DNA from: Dehalococcoidia bacterium
Lineage (GTDB): Bacteria > Chloroflexota > Dehalococcoidia > Lucifugimonadales > UBA3495
Length of the DNA stretch: 64,000 nucleotides
Reading direction: 5' to 3'
Assembly: GCA_965216425.1 (NCBI GenBank)
Contig: CBDCFV010000004.1
Location: forward strand, 121,144 to 185,143
Shown here: one piece after another, positions 1-9,231 of the stretch
Position numbering within the stretch: position 1 is the stretch's first letter
How the letters are laid out: every line of letters starts with the position of its first letter
Position numbers and translations under genes: made by a program
The notes under the pieces: model-generated
Databases searched by the model: none
Told to the model about the DNA's origin: nothing
Seen by the model: only the letters and a program-made list of their open reading frames with translations

Positions 1-161
1 CACCGCATCGCGTCCGTGGGCCGTTAGGTATAGAACACCAGACACAGCGCATTGAATTGCCGCTGTTCCACTGCCGCGATTTCGCCGTCAGTCAGGTCTT
101 ACGACTGGTAGACCAATCAGTCGATCGTTGTCTTGTACGTGGCGGCATTCGGGCCGGCATA

Positions 162-314
162 CTAGTACTACAACGACGGTTCCTCAATTTGGTCAGCTTT
201 TGGCCGGAAATTGCTTCGCGGAAGGCAAGGCCACAAAGCTGTCAAGGGTGTGGGCAAGTCGCCATGAAGAGGTGCTCAAGGTCCCTTTCTTGCGAACCGT
301 CGTTGTAGTACTAG
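162..314. mobile_element. 153-bp MITE-like element, variant of MITE family 1
   Basis: Ends CTAGTACTACAACGACG / CGTCGTTGTAGTACTAG are identical to those of the four 153-bp copies. The length is the same but the interior is unrelated. Bounded by CTAG, the TA target type of IS630/Tc1 elements. Confidence 0.6.
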
Positions 315-1405
315 GTTCCTGTATCTAAAGTGCGTCGGCAAAAGCGGGCCACGCTGGCCAGGATTTGGTCAGCGGTCTTGGTCCAGACAAAGGGCTTGGG
401 GTCTTCGTTGGTGACGTCCAGGTAACGGTAGATGGCAGCCTCCAGTTCACCGCTGCTCTGATGCACTCCACGGCGCAACTGCTTTTCGGTGAGCAGCCCA
501 AACCAGCGCTCCACCAGGTTCAGCCAGGAGGCGCTGGTGGGCGTGAAGTGGATATGGAAGCGGGGCCGTTTGGCGAACCAGTTCCGGATCAGCGCCGTCT
601 TGTGGGTGGCGTAGTTGTCCGCAATCAGGTGCACGTCCAACCCGGCGGGCACCTCGGACTCGATGGCATCGAGGAACTTGCGGAACTCCACGGCCCGGTG
701 GCGGCGGTGGCACTGGCCAATCACCTTGCCGGTCCTGGCGTCCAAAGCGGCGAAGAGGGACGTGGTGCCGTGGCGCACGTAATCATGGGTGCGCCGCTCC
801 ACCTGGCCCGGGCGCAGGGGCAACAGCGGCCTGGTGCGGTCCAGGGCCTGAATCTGGGACTTCTCGTCCACGCACAAGACCAACGCCCGGTCCGGTGGAT
901 CAAGGTAGAGGCCCACAATGTCCCGCACCTTTTCGATGAAGAAGGGGTCCGCCGACAGCTTGAAGGTTTCGGTGCGGTGAGGTTGCAGTGCGAAGGCGCG
1001 CCAGATGCGGCTGACCGTGGTGTGGCTCAGACCGGAACGCTGGGCCATGGACCGGGTGCTCCAGTGCGTGGCGTCCTTGGGTGTGGACTCCAGCGTCAGC
1101 GTAATCACCCGTTCCACGTCTTCATCAGTAACCGCTCGCGGTCGGCCGCTGCGGGGCTCGTCCGACAGGCCGTCCAATCGCCGTTCCAAGAACCGGGAAC
1201 GCCACTTCCCCACCGTTTCGTCGGACACCTCCAAGTCGGCAGCCACTGCGATGTTGCTGCGGCCTTCGGCGCAGGCCAGAATCATTCTGGCCCGCAGCGC
1301 CAGGCCCTGCGTCGTCTTGGGGCGACGAACCCACCGTTCCAGCGTTTCCCTTTCGGTGTCGTCCAATATCAGCGGCGGCATTGGCCTTCCGATCGCCATG
1401 ATCAT
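311..1405 (-). CDS. IS630 family DDE transposase
   Basis: ORF 311..1450. N-terminal HTH region ([14 protein letters not shown]...VGKWRSRF). DDE core ([11 protein letters not shown] ... [11 protein letters not shown] ... [17 protein letters not shown]). GGAG lies upstream of the Met at 1405 or 1399. The stop TAG lies in the flanking CTAG. Confidence 0.9.
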   Translation of the reverse strand: MIMAIGRPMPPLILDDTERETLERWVRRPKTTQGLALRARMILACAEGRSNIAVAADLEVSDETVGKWRSRFLERRLDGLSDEPRSGRPRAVTDEDVERVITLTLESTPKDATHWSTRSMAQRSGLSHTTVSRIWRAFALQPHRTETFKLSADPFFIEKVRDIVGLYLDPPDRALVLCVDEKSQIQALDRTRPLLPLRPGQVERRTHDYVRHGTTSLFAALDARTGKVIGQCHRRHRAVEFRKFLDAIESEVPAGLDVHLIADNYATHKTALIRNWFAKRPRFHIHFTPTSASWLNLVERWFGLLTEKQLRRGVHQSSGELEAAIYRYLDVTNEDPKPFVWTKTADQILASVARFCRRTLDTGT

Positions 1406-1479
1406 CCCTCTCCTCAGTCGGTGATCGAAAGAATACCTCATTGCGAACACTATTACTACTAACTTCAGTTACACCACAC
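314..1479 (-). mobile_element. IS630-family insertion sequence (type A)
   Basis: Carries a transposase ORF. Imperfect 21-nt inverted ends: GGTTCCTGTATCTAAAGTGCG versus the reverse complement GTGTGGTGTAACTGAAGTTAG (14/21). Both ends abut TA inside CTAG (311-314 and 1479-1482). Confidence 0.75.
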
Positions 1480-1481
1480 TA

Positions 1482-2040
1482 GGTACTCACCCAGCGCGGC
1501 CCCAACGTCGTTGGCAAAGGTGCGGGGGTGTTGCAGCTTCGCCTCGAAGGCGGCGGCGGACCCGGCCAGCCGGAAGGTTTCCAGCTTAGCAGGGCGGCCC
1601 TGCGCGTCCTCGCCCAGCAGCACGAAGTCGCGAATGTTGGTGACCAGCACCAGCCGGTAACGGTCCCAGTATCGGCTCACCTGTTCGCCATCCGCGGTCA
1701 GCCAGGCATCATCGCCGACGGGTTTGACCTCGACCACGCCGCCTTCGGGAAGCTGCCCCTCGCGTTGCCTGCCTCGCTGCATCTGCTTGGCGGCATAGAG
1801 TCCGAGGTCAGGATGTCCGGCCCCTTGCTGTGCCAGCTCGCTGACGCAGAAAACCTTGGGCTTGAACGTGCTGCCGACGGCATTCAGCAGATTGGTCAAC
1901 GGCGGGTAGTAGGACCGTTCACCCGTTGCCCCGCCCGAAGAGCGGATGCGTCGCAGGTCGGCGAGGTAGTCCTCAACCGCCGCCGTGAATTTCTCGTTCG
2001 TGCCCGCCATAGCCCTCTGGTCGTCCCCCTGAGGGGACAT
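1482..2040 (-). pseudogene. N-terminal fragment of a nuclease-N6-adenine methyltransferase fusion (type IIG/ISP-like family)
   Basis: YYPPLTNLLNAVGS..KPKVFCVSELA..GAGHPDLGLY...VVEVKP has a PD...EVK nuclease-like signature. The reading frame is cut at the CTAG occupied by IS630-A and a MITE. All frames are closed in 1..161. Confidence 0.55.
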
Positions 2041-2371
2041 TCTCTAATCCCGGCGCAGAGGCAATGTTACTCCATCGTGCGAACGCCCGGCACCTCGAAG
2101 GTCAGCCCTACTCCCTCACCAGCCGACGGGCGGCAGGTCATCGGCTGAACCCAGAAGTCACCACAGGCGCGACGCTCCAGCAGCGCCGCAGGGCTAACCC
2201 TTCCAGCATCCATGTGATGTTGCCAGTCGGGAGCTAATGCTCCTGGATTTAGGTCAAGATTAGGCGAATTATAAATATCTTGTAAACTAAAGACACCGAC
2301 GATTGCTGTCTTCCAGACCTGGTCTCCTAGACGCCGAAATTGCGGTTCTCACAACGCCGGTTCTGGTTTTC

Positions 2372-2965
2372 TTACTTCTTGGGCGGGCGGTAGTCATTCC
2401 AGTCGCGGCAAGCGTCGTAGGTGGCTTGGTCGATATGGACCCACTTGGTTCCCGGAACTCCCCGTGTGTACTGTTTCGGCGTGGTCGGAGCCACAGGGAA
2501 AGCCGATTCGAAACTCAGTTGTCTGCCTTGGTTCTGTGCGATCTGTTTGGACAGGCGTACCGCAGGGCCGAAGTCCGAGTCTTTGCTCATAATGATGGCC
2601 ACGTCGTACCTCTGCTCATGGGTGGCCTGGATCAAGTCGATAGCCAAACTGACATCGACGCCCTTCTCTTGTTTGGCCTCGTTCAACCCGCCTCGCACCC
2701 TACCGCGGTAGACGTATGCCCCTTGGGTTTCCAGATGGTCCAGCTTGTTGGTCCAGAACCAGTGTCTCTCCCAATCTTGGTCCTTGCGGTATACCCCGGT
2801 GTAGAACCGGATCTCCTCCAGGGTGCGGCCAGGGGTCAGGGACACAAGACGTTGAGCCAACAGTTCGACATCGTAGCTGGGATGGTCGTAAGGATATGAC
2901 GGGCCCCACGCATCCTTCGCAGAGCGGAAGAGATTTTGACCATCGAAGAGGACGAGCGTACGCAT
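2372..2965 (-). CDS. NYN (LabA/PIN-like) domain protein
   Basis: MRTLVLFDGQNLF ... GVDVSLAIDLI ... YDVAIIMSKDSDFGPAV matches the NYN acidic-residue pattern. Start placed at the internal Met of ORF 2372..3025. Confidence 0.7.
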   Translation of the reverse strand: MRTLVLFDGQNLFRSAKDAWGPSYPYDHPSYDVELLAQRLVSLTPGRTLEEIRFYTGVYRKDQDWERHWFWTNKLDHLETQGAYVYRGRVRGGLNEAKQEKGVDVSLAIDLIQATHEQRYDVAIIMSKDSDFGPAVRLSKQIAQNQGRQLSFESAFPVAPTTPKQYTRGVPGTKWVHIDQATYDACRDWNDYRPPKK

Positions 2966-3118
2966 GACAAAAAAACACCCGCCCGGGGAGCGGGGCCTGA
3001 GCCTCTCTCCGCGAACGGGGACCAATTCAGCTAATACGTTAGCAGGTAGATTGCCAGGGTGTCAACCCCTGTTACCTGATGGTAGGACGATTGCAAAGTC
3101 GCTCAAGCGCACCAGCCA

Positions 3119-3139
3119 TTAGTATTACAACGACGGTTC
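3119..3139 (+). repeat. Orphan terminal repeat related to MITE family 1
   Basis: TTAGTATTACAACGACGGTTC closely matches the left end of the 162..314 element. No partner end was found. Followed by a G9 run at 3142-3150. Confidence 0.4.
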
Positions 3140-3397
3140 AAGGGGGGGGGTTGAAGGGAGGCGCGAAGTGCGGCGCGGCGCTTGGCATGGGATCGCCTGG
3201 CCCGTTCGTTACTACCCTGCGTCTCCTCGATCCACTGCAGCAACTCAGACGGCCCGAACCGTTCCCGGGGCAGCATTTCCCTCACCGCCCGGTACACCTG
3301 AGGCCTCGTGATCCGCGGCATCTTTCCTCCCACAGGCCTGTTGCAGGCTCAGCGGAAAAGCTCCGCCCAGCAGGCACAAGGCACGTGGTGTGAGGTG

Positions 3398-3489
3398 GAC
3401 CCCGTTGTTAGGACAGAGTCGAGGCCGAGTTAAGCGAGAGTGCCTCCGCACCTCCAGTGATGCTGGCGTGCCGGAGTGGCGCCCGGGCC
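3398..3489 (+). repeat. 92-bp perfect direct repeat, copy 1
   Basis: Base-for-base identical to 4328..4419 on direct comparison. Confidence 0.95.
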
Positions 3490-3998
3490 ACTGGCCTACG
3501 CCGGACACATGATGCTCAGCTTCGCGGCCTGGGTGGCCCACCAAGAGCGGGAGACGGGCGGGAGAGCGGCTGCCGCGGGTCGAGTCGCCACCCTGGACCA
3601 ACCGTCGGTACCGCCACCGAAGCTAGTTGCGAAGCCGGCGTCCAGGGTGGAACGGGTTAACGTGAAGGCCTCGGAGATCACCTGGAGGTGGCAGGTCATT
3701 TGCAAGAGGACCCTGTACAGTACTTGGAGTGACGTCCCATTGGAGTGCGTATCAGTGGTTCTACTCGAGCGGACCCACGCGTCCTTCCGCGGTCGGGCTT
3801 CGCAGCGGGGTTCGGTCCCGCCCGCGAGATCCCCTAGACCAAATGTTGGGACCATGTCCGCCCAATTGTGGGCGGACATCAGCAGCCTGGAGCAGGAACG
3901 CCACGACCACCCATCCCTGCCCTGCGACTGCACCGTTGACGGGACACTGTTCACAGTGACATGGGAACGGTGCTTCAGGAGAGTGAGAGGAGAACGAT

Positions 3999-4319
3999 AT
4001 GCACGGACCCGAGGAGAGGCACTGGGACATGATAGCCGTGTGGCTGATGGCCATCAGCGTGTTCATGTTCCTCGTCGCCACTTTCATGGCGACGAGGAAC
4101 GACACCAACATCATCGGAGGCATCGCCCTGGCGGTGACAGGCGCCGGGATGATGGCCTCGACCATAATGGCCACGATGACCATCTTCCCTCGGGGGAATA
4201 ACGCCCCCGCCGAAGACCTGGGGAAAAAGGTCAGGAACGCCCGCTACACCGCCATCGCCATGGCCGTGACCGCGATGGGAATGATCGCAACCCTCATGGG
4301 CAGCATTACCCGGCTGTAA
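3999..4319 (+). CDS. Small membrane protein (about 3 TM segments), function unknown
   Basis: GGAGAA Shine-Dalgarno sequence 5 nt upstream of the ATG. Three hydrophobic stretches. Sits between the two 92-bp repeats. Confidence 0.6.
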   Translation: MHGPEERHWDMIAVWLMAISVFMFLVATFMATRNDTNIIGGIALAVTGAGMMASTIMATMTIFPRGNNAPAEDLGKKVRNARYTAIAMAVTAMGMIATLMGSITRL

Positions 4320-4327
4320 GAGAGTTA

Positions 4328-4419
4328 GACCCCGTTGTTAGGACAGAGTCGAGGCCGAGTTAAGCGAGAGTGCCTCCGCACCTCCAGTGATGCTGGCGTG
4401 CCGGAGTGGCGCCCGGGCC
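4328..4419 (+). repeat. 92-bp perfect direct repeat, copy 2
   Basis: Identical to 3398..3489. Starts 8 nt after the stop of the 3999..4319 gene. Confidence 0.95.
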
Positions 4420-4479
4420 GCTATCGGTCCGGTGAACCGGAGCCGCCCTTGTCCAGCCTTCTCCCCCTCCTTGCTGTCG

Positions 4480-4503
4480 GCACAAAACCGCGCGGTTTTG
4501 TGC
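4480..4503. promoter_or_regulatory. 24-bp perfect palindrome, candidate serine-recombinase site or operator
   Basis: GCACAAAACCGC|GCGGTTTTGTGC lies 62 nt upstream of the recombinase start. The AAAACC..GGTTTT core resembles hix/gix half-sites. Confidence 0.45.
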
Positions 4504-4564
4504 GTAGCACATGACTGACATTTCCAGCTAGCAGTTGGGTGGCACAAAAAGGTATAGTGATCGT

Positions 4565-5188
4565 GTGAGCGGGATTTATGGTTACATACGGACCAGCAGG
4601 CGACAGGCTCAGGGCCAATCGGGGAGAGACCCCGAGGCCCAGGTTCTGCAACTTCGCGACGCCGGCGTGCCAGCGGATCTCGTATACCGGGACGTGGGAA
4701 TCTCAGGCGCGACTGGAACCAACAGCCGGAAGGCATGGCGGACCCTGACCGCCCGTTTGGGCCCGGGAGACGGCCTGATGGTCGCTGCGGTGGACCGCAT
4801 AGGCCGGCGTTGGATGGACACGGTCAGCACTCTCAAGGACCTGCGCAGCCGCCAAGTTCGGGTCCGGTCCCTCGCCCCGTCGGAACAGCATTAGACACGT
4901 TATTTCGACGCCGACCCGGACTCGCCAGAGGCAGTGATCGGGGACGTGCTGGCCAGCTTCTTCACCTGGGCGGCACAGCAGGAGATGGAGAGCATCCGGA
5001 GAAGGACCAAGGCGGGCCTGGACAAAGCCCGGAGCAATGGCAAGACCCTGGGAACGCCGCGGAAGATGACGGACTTGAAGGTGGAGATGGACAGGTCCTT
5101 CCGTAGGGACGGCTTGAGTTTCAAGCGGATCGGGAAGGCGTTGGGGGTGTCAAGGACTACGGTGAGGCGTTACGTGGAAGACATATAA
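4565..5188 (+). pseudogene. Small serine recombinase (resolvase/invertase) with an in-frame TAG
   Basis: GIYGYIRTSRRQ carries the catalytic Ser motif. C-terminal HTH (GVSRTTVRRYV). ORFs 4535..4894 and 4934..5188 share one frame and are separated only by the TAG at 4892-4894. Confidence 0.8.
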
Positions 5189-5231
5189 GTCAGGAGAACT
5201 ATACGCAAGATCTAGGGAGTGAGGGGTAACC

Positions 5232-6314
5232 GTGGCAAGCCAACAGGACATCAATCAGTTGATAAAGAGGAATTTCTCTAAGCTTCTGGAGCTCGCAATC
5301 AAGCGGCCATACCGGGGGTGTTTATTCGACCCTAACTGCGGGAACACTCCCATAAACGCTCATTCGGTATCCAGGGCGATCCTGTCAAAGATACAGGATG
5401 ACGGGCATGTGATGAGGCCGTCTTCCCATATTACGCTGTCTCGAACGGGAACCCCGAAAAGGACTCTTAGTTTTCGGCGTGAAGGCATCACCCAAGCTTC
5501 AACTGGTACTTTCGCATGTCAATTCCACGACGACATGTTCAAGGCCATCGATACCACGCCAATGGACCCAAACGACCACCGAGTCCTAAATTTGATGTTT
5601 TATCGGGCCATTTTGCAGGAGACTTGGGCACTACTAAGTACACAGTCACTTACGAACGAAGTGGAGAAAGAGATCGAACTAACTACGCCGATCACAGATC
5701 GTCCGAACTCTCGATTAATGGCAATGCTAGATTCGATCTCAGCAATAAAGCCCTCCATCGATAACCCACACTGCTTTCCAGGCTCCTCTCCAATAGATCA
5801 CATCGTACGGCACATAAGAACGCCACACCCCATTATCGGAGCCTCCGCAGCGGGAGCTAGCTTAGACTTTGTCTCCGAGGAGCACACAGGGCGAACCCTG
5901 TCAATAACAGAAACTCAGTCCTTCACCGGGAAAAACCCCAATAATACCTGGACAATCACCATAGTTCCCCAACATGGTGAACACACATTGGCAATTAGCT
6001 GGGTCAAGGGTAACGGAGGAGATAAATATTTCTCACATTTTCGTGACTTGAATGGCCGGGAGCTTGAAGAGGCCGTATCGGCAGAGTTAATTGTCTTCTG
6101 CGAAAACTGGTTCCTACATCCCAAGGTTTGGAAGTCCTTCAGTAGGACCAAACAGAACGCGGTCTTGAGTTCCTACGACAATACGGATAAATTAATGAGG
6201 GGCTCATATCAATGGCATGGGAAGAAACAAAAATCCACATGGTATGATGCCATTGGAATCACCAATAGGCATCAAATAAACCTGTTCAAGTATGACGAGT
6301 CAATACTCAAGTAG
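5232..6314 (+). CDS. Hypothetical 360-aa protein, lower-GC orphan
   Basis: Long ORF with a GTG start after GGGAGTGAGGGG. Cys/His-rich N-terminus (CLFDPNCGNTPINAHSV ... GHV ... FACQFHDDMF). No family recognised. Confidence 0.6.
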   Translation: MASQQDINQLIKRNFSKLLELAIKRPYRGCLFDPNCGNTPINAHSVSRAILSKIQDDGHVMRPSSHITLSRTGTPKRTLSFRREGITQASTGTFACQFHDDMFKAIDTTPMDPNDHRVLNLMFYRAILQETWALLSTQSLTNEVEKEIELTTPITDRPNSRLMAMLDSISAIKPSIDNPHCFPGSSPIDHIVRHIRTPHPIIGASAAGASLDFVSEEHTGRTLSITETQSFTGKNPNNTWTITIVPQHGEHTLAISWVKGNGGDKYFSHFRDLNGRELEEAVSAELIVFCENWFLHPKVWKSFSRTKQNAVLSSYDNTDKLMRGSYQWHGKKQKSTWYDAIGITNRHQINLFKYDESILK

Positions 6315-6790
6315 AGCGTGTTCATGGCGGTGGGAAGTTGGGCCGCATCCTCCATTACCATCCACAGCCGGTAGTGCCTTCACCCGGCCTTCGGACAGTG
6401 CTTGGTACAGGGTCTCCCTCCCGGATAGGATATAGGGCATGAAGACCTCCTCGAAGTCCACCATTTCCGTTTCCAGGAGAGCCAGCTGGGCCTCGACCCA
6501 GTCCTTGATGATCCGCCAAGCGGTACGGTAGGCCTGCTCTCTCCTGGCCTTGGCATTGGTGGCCATCACACCCTGCCGGGTGTCACTTCGTACACGGCGT
6601 CAACCCTTACGGGCAGGCTGAACGACAGGGGGCCGTGCTTGGACCTGATGCGCCACTTTAGGGCCACCGGCTTGGCGTCATCACCGAAGGAGGTCATGAT
6701 CTCTGACGCCCCCTTTCTGGCCAGGAGTTGCGAGAGTTCAGCTACCGTCCTGTCCGCGGGTATTCTGGTCGTGTAGTTCTTGATCGGCAT
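6300..6790 (-). pseudogene. Frameshifted paralogue of the 146-aa protein at 42570..43010
   Basis: ORFs 6566..6790 and 6300..6569 align to the N- and C-halves of the 42570 protein (MP.(K/L)NYTT ... LKW ... VDAV(Y/F) then WRI(I/L)KDWVEAQ(L/M)ALLET). They are joined by a 1-nt frame change at 6566-6572. Confidence 0.65.
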
Positions 6791-6814
6791 GTTATTTTCC
6801 TGTGTCTGGCTGCG

Positions 6815-7237
6815 TCATCTACTGCGCCACAGGATCTCATTCACCAGGTCTTCCGGAACGGTCCACAGCCCCAAGTGTCCCTTTGCCGGCATGGGCGAAG
6901 TTAACTGGACAACCTCTGCGAACCGCCACGCGTAGCAGCCGGTGGAATAGTCGCCGAGGTGTCTTTCCTGTGAGGATACCTGGGCGGACCAGGTAGGGAG
7001 CACCTTTATGAGGCGGCCAGTGGCGACAATAGCACCCTTCGGCAAGTCTTCGGAGCCAAGGATGGAGAGGACTTCATCATCTTCCCAGCGAAAGCTCCGG
7101 TCTTCCTTGTGCCCGGCGTGGATCGCCACAACGTCGCCGATGGCCGTCCGCGGCGCCGGCCAGCTTCGGGTCTCAAACTGTTTGGCGCCTATGGCGATCA
7201 ACGATGCCCACGGTTGGTAGAGGGTCAGCGCTTTCAT
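6815..7237 (-). CDS. ASCH domain protein
   Basis: MKALTLYQPWASLIAIGAKQFETRSW is a typical ASCH/PUA-like N-terminus. ATGA overlap with the upstream ORF. Confidence 0.7.
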   Translation of the reverse strand: MKALTLYQPWASLIAIGAKQFETRSWPAPRTAIGDVVAIHAGHKEDRSFRWEDDEVLSILGSEDLPKGAIVATGRLIKVLPTWSAQVSSQERHLGDYSTGCYAWRFAEVVQLTSPMPAKGHLGLWTVPEDLVNEILWRSR

Positions 7238-7509
7238 CGACTCCTCCCACCAACATCATGGTCTCTCAATGCCAGGCGGCGCTCCAAGCGAACGTGGAAG
7301 CGGGCGCAAAGTCCAGCTGATCCCATCACCACCCAGGCTGGCCAAATCCCCTCCCAGTAGGCCAGCAGGACCTTGCCAATGGCCAGCACGTAGCCCAAGC
7401 GTATGGACCAAAGGGTCAGACGGCCCTGGTAGATGGTGGGGAACGCAGCCAGGACGAAGGGCGTCAGCCCGTGCCACAGGTAAACAAACCCCTTCCAGCA
7501 CAGTCCCAC
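7234..7509 (-). CDS. Small membrane protein, probably 5'-truncated by a MITE
   Basis: Hydrophobic 91-aa ORF. Its first codon touches the CTAG of the MITE at 7509. Confidence 0.35.
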   Translation of the reverse strand: MGLCWKGFVYLWHGLTPFVLAAFPTIYQGRLTLWSIRLGYVLAIGKVLLAYWEGIWPAWVVMGSAGLCARFHVRLERRLALRDHDVGGRSR

Positions 7510-7661
7510 TAGTACTACAACGACGCGTTATCCTACAAGGTAACTCGTGGGCGGATTTTGAAGCTGGCAACGAACGAGTGCGAGTCTCCCGTGATGAACG
7601 GTCAGTAGCTGAAGAAGAAGACCTGAGCGTGTTTTCTCATAACGCGTCGTTGTAGTACTAG
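7509..7661 (+). mobile_element. MITE family 1, copy 1 (153 bp)
   Basis: 23-nt perfect inverted ends CTAGTACTACAACGACGCGTTAT. Identical to 9817..9969 and to the reverse complements of 27748..27900 and 47713..47865. Confidence 0.9.
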
Positions 7662-8189
7662 GCAGAGCACCTCAATCTGGGTCACGGACTCTCCTCCTCT
7701 TCCGGCGTTACCATGACGCCTGGGGTGAGCCGGCGCAGTTCCCGGCAAACCTCCTCAACGGGAATTGAAGTCATGAACGGCGGGGGCAGTATGTGGTGCC
7801 CGTCGAACAACTCGGCGATGTAAGCATCCGGCTTGGCCGTCTTCCAAGTGCTCGGCCTCCCAGATATGACCGCTCTTGATGACCCGAATCTCCTTCACTC
7901 GCCCATCTCCCTTCCGCCGAGAATTTCGCGCCGGAAGGCGTAGTCTTCATGCCACATGAACCGGTTCGGGACAGGCCGGTTGCCGTTCATCCCGTCAACG
8001 TACCCGATACTGTACCCATCTTCGTTGCCCAGCCTGTAACCTTTGGCGGTGTCGTCGGGAGATAAATACCAGCCCAGCGTGAAGAAACGCCAGCCAGGAG
8101 TGCCGCGGCGACCGGAAGGAAGACCTTAGAACCTGTTGACGATCTTTGGAATACGTTAAGTTGAGACTATTACCAAGGGAGGGGTAAGC

Positions 8190-8459
8190 ATGTCTCATTC
8201 CTATCCCAGCAACATCAGCCGGGAGCAATTCGCCCGGATTCTGCCGACGCTGGAGTCGGTCCGGCGCCGGACCAAGCCCCGCACCGTGGACCTGTACGAC
8301 GTTTTCTGCGGGGTGTTGTACCTCCTGAAAAGCGGCTGCCAGTGGCGCATGCTGCCTGCGGACTTCCCCGATTGGCGCACCTGCTACAAGTATTTTCGGC
8401 AATGGAGCGAGCGGCCCGGCCCGGCCCGGATGAGGATTCCATTCTGGAGCAGGTCTTAA
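8190..8459 (+). pseudogene. IS5 transposase orfA, shifted by a GGCCC expansion
   Basis: Identical to orfA of copy 2 up to SERPGP. (GGCCC)3 replaces (GGCCC)2 at 8413-8427, changes the frame and gives a stop at the A8 run. Confidence 0.8.
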
Positions 8460-8465
8460 AAAAAA

Positions 8466-8987
8466 TTGGTTGGCGAGGCCCGGCAAAGCAATGGACGGAA
8501 AGAGCGGACCAGCTTCTGTATCGTGGACTCCCAGAGCGTGAAGAACACTGACAGCGCCGGGAACAAGGGCTATGACGCGGGCAAGAAGGTGTCCGGAATC
8601 AAGCGCCACATCGCGGTGGACACGCAGGGGTTGCCCCACGCGATCCACATAACCACGGCCAACGTGACCGACCGGGCCGGGGCCTTGGCGATGTTTGACC
8701 GGCACCGGGATGGCCTCAACCAGGTGCAGAACGTGCTGGTGGATGGGGGCTACACCGGGAAGCCCTTTGCTGCTGGGGTGCGAAGCCTGTTGGGAGCCGC
8801 GGTGGAAGTGGTGAAACGCAACGAACTGCACACCTTCGTGGTGCTGCCGAAGAGATGGGTGGTGGAGCGGTCTTTCGCCTGGCTGGAGAAGTGCCGCCGG
8901 CTCTGGAAGAACTGCGAACGAAAGCTCAATACCAGCCTGCAAATGGTGGTTCTCGCCTTCGCAACGCTAATCCTGAAGAGATTGTAA
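8466..8987 (+). CDS. IS5 transposase orfB (DDE domain)
   Basis: CIVDSQSVKNTD ... GYDAGKKVSGIKRHIAVDTQG ... VLVDGGYTG ... RWVVERSFAWL is the DDE_Tnp_1 pattern. Confidence 0.85.
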   Translation: MVGEARQSNGRKERTSFCIVDSQSVKNTDSAGNKGYDAGKKVSGIKRHIAVDTQGLPHAIHITTANVTDRAGALAMFDRHRDGLNQVQNVLVDGGYTGKPFAAGVRSLLGAAVEVVKRNELHTFVVLPKRWVVERSFAWLEKCRRLWKNCERKLNTSLQMVVLAFATLILKRL

Positions 8988-9231
8988 ACAGGTTCTAAGG
9001 GCTTCTTAAGATGGCGTTGAACATCGTCCATCCGCCTGTCTACAAGCCACTGGTGCAGCCGCCGCGCGGCGAGAAGCAGATGGGCAAACCCAACCGCCAC
9101 TACGGCCCCCATGGTGGCCAGCACCAGATAGAATGTGACCCGGGCATCCACGAAGAAGTCCAGCACGATGGCCGCACACATGCCGAGGAGCGGCGCCCGG
9201 TCCCACAGCGACAACCTTTTCAAGAGCTTCA

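Larger units (their letters stand above)
8126..8998 (+). mobile_element. IS5-family element, copy 1 (873 bp)
   Basis: Inverted ends TTAGAACCTGTT / AACAGGTTCTAA. Identical to copy 2 (44778..45645) except for one extra GGCCC unit. Confidence 0.9.

Noticed and set aside
365-1462. Long antisense ORFs opposite real genes (also 7995..8942, 10799..11860, 14059..15021, 16622..17608, 34118..35326 and 44834..45556)
   Set aside because: These are shadow ORFs typical of GC-rich DNA. The opposite strand carries clear motif-bearing proteins, and these have Arg/Pro/Gly-rich low-complexity translations.
3142-3150. G9 homopolymer as a phase-variation switch
   Set aside because: It is not inside or directly upstream of any convincing gene. 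ORF 3103..3333 has no recognisable features.
3760-3830. tRNA-like T-arm (GCGGG GTTCGGT CCCGC)
   Set aside because: No acceptor stem or anticodon arm could be built. The candidate span is only about 65 nt.
3398-4419. 92-bp repeats as integron attC sites or a gene cassette
   Set aside because: The repeat is not an imperfect palindrome. It lacks proper RYYYAAC/GTTRRRY ends, and there is no IntI-type integrase nearby.
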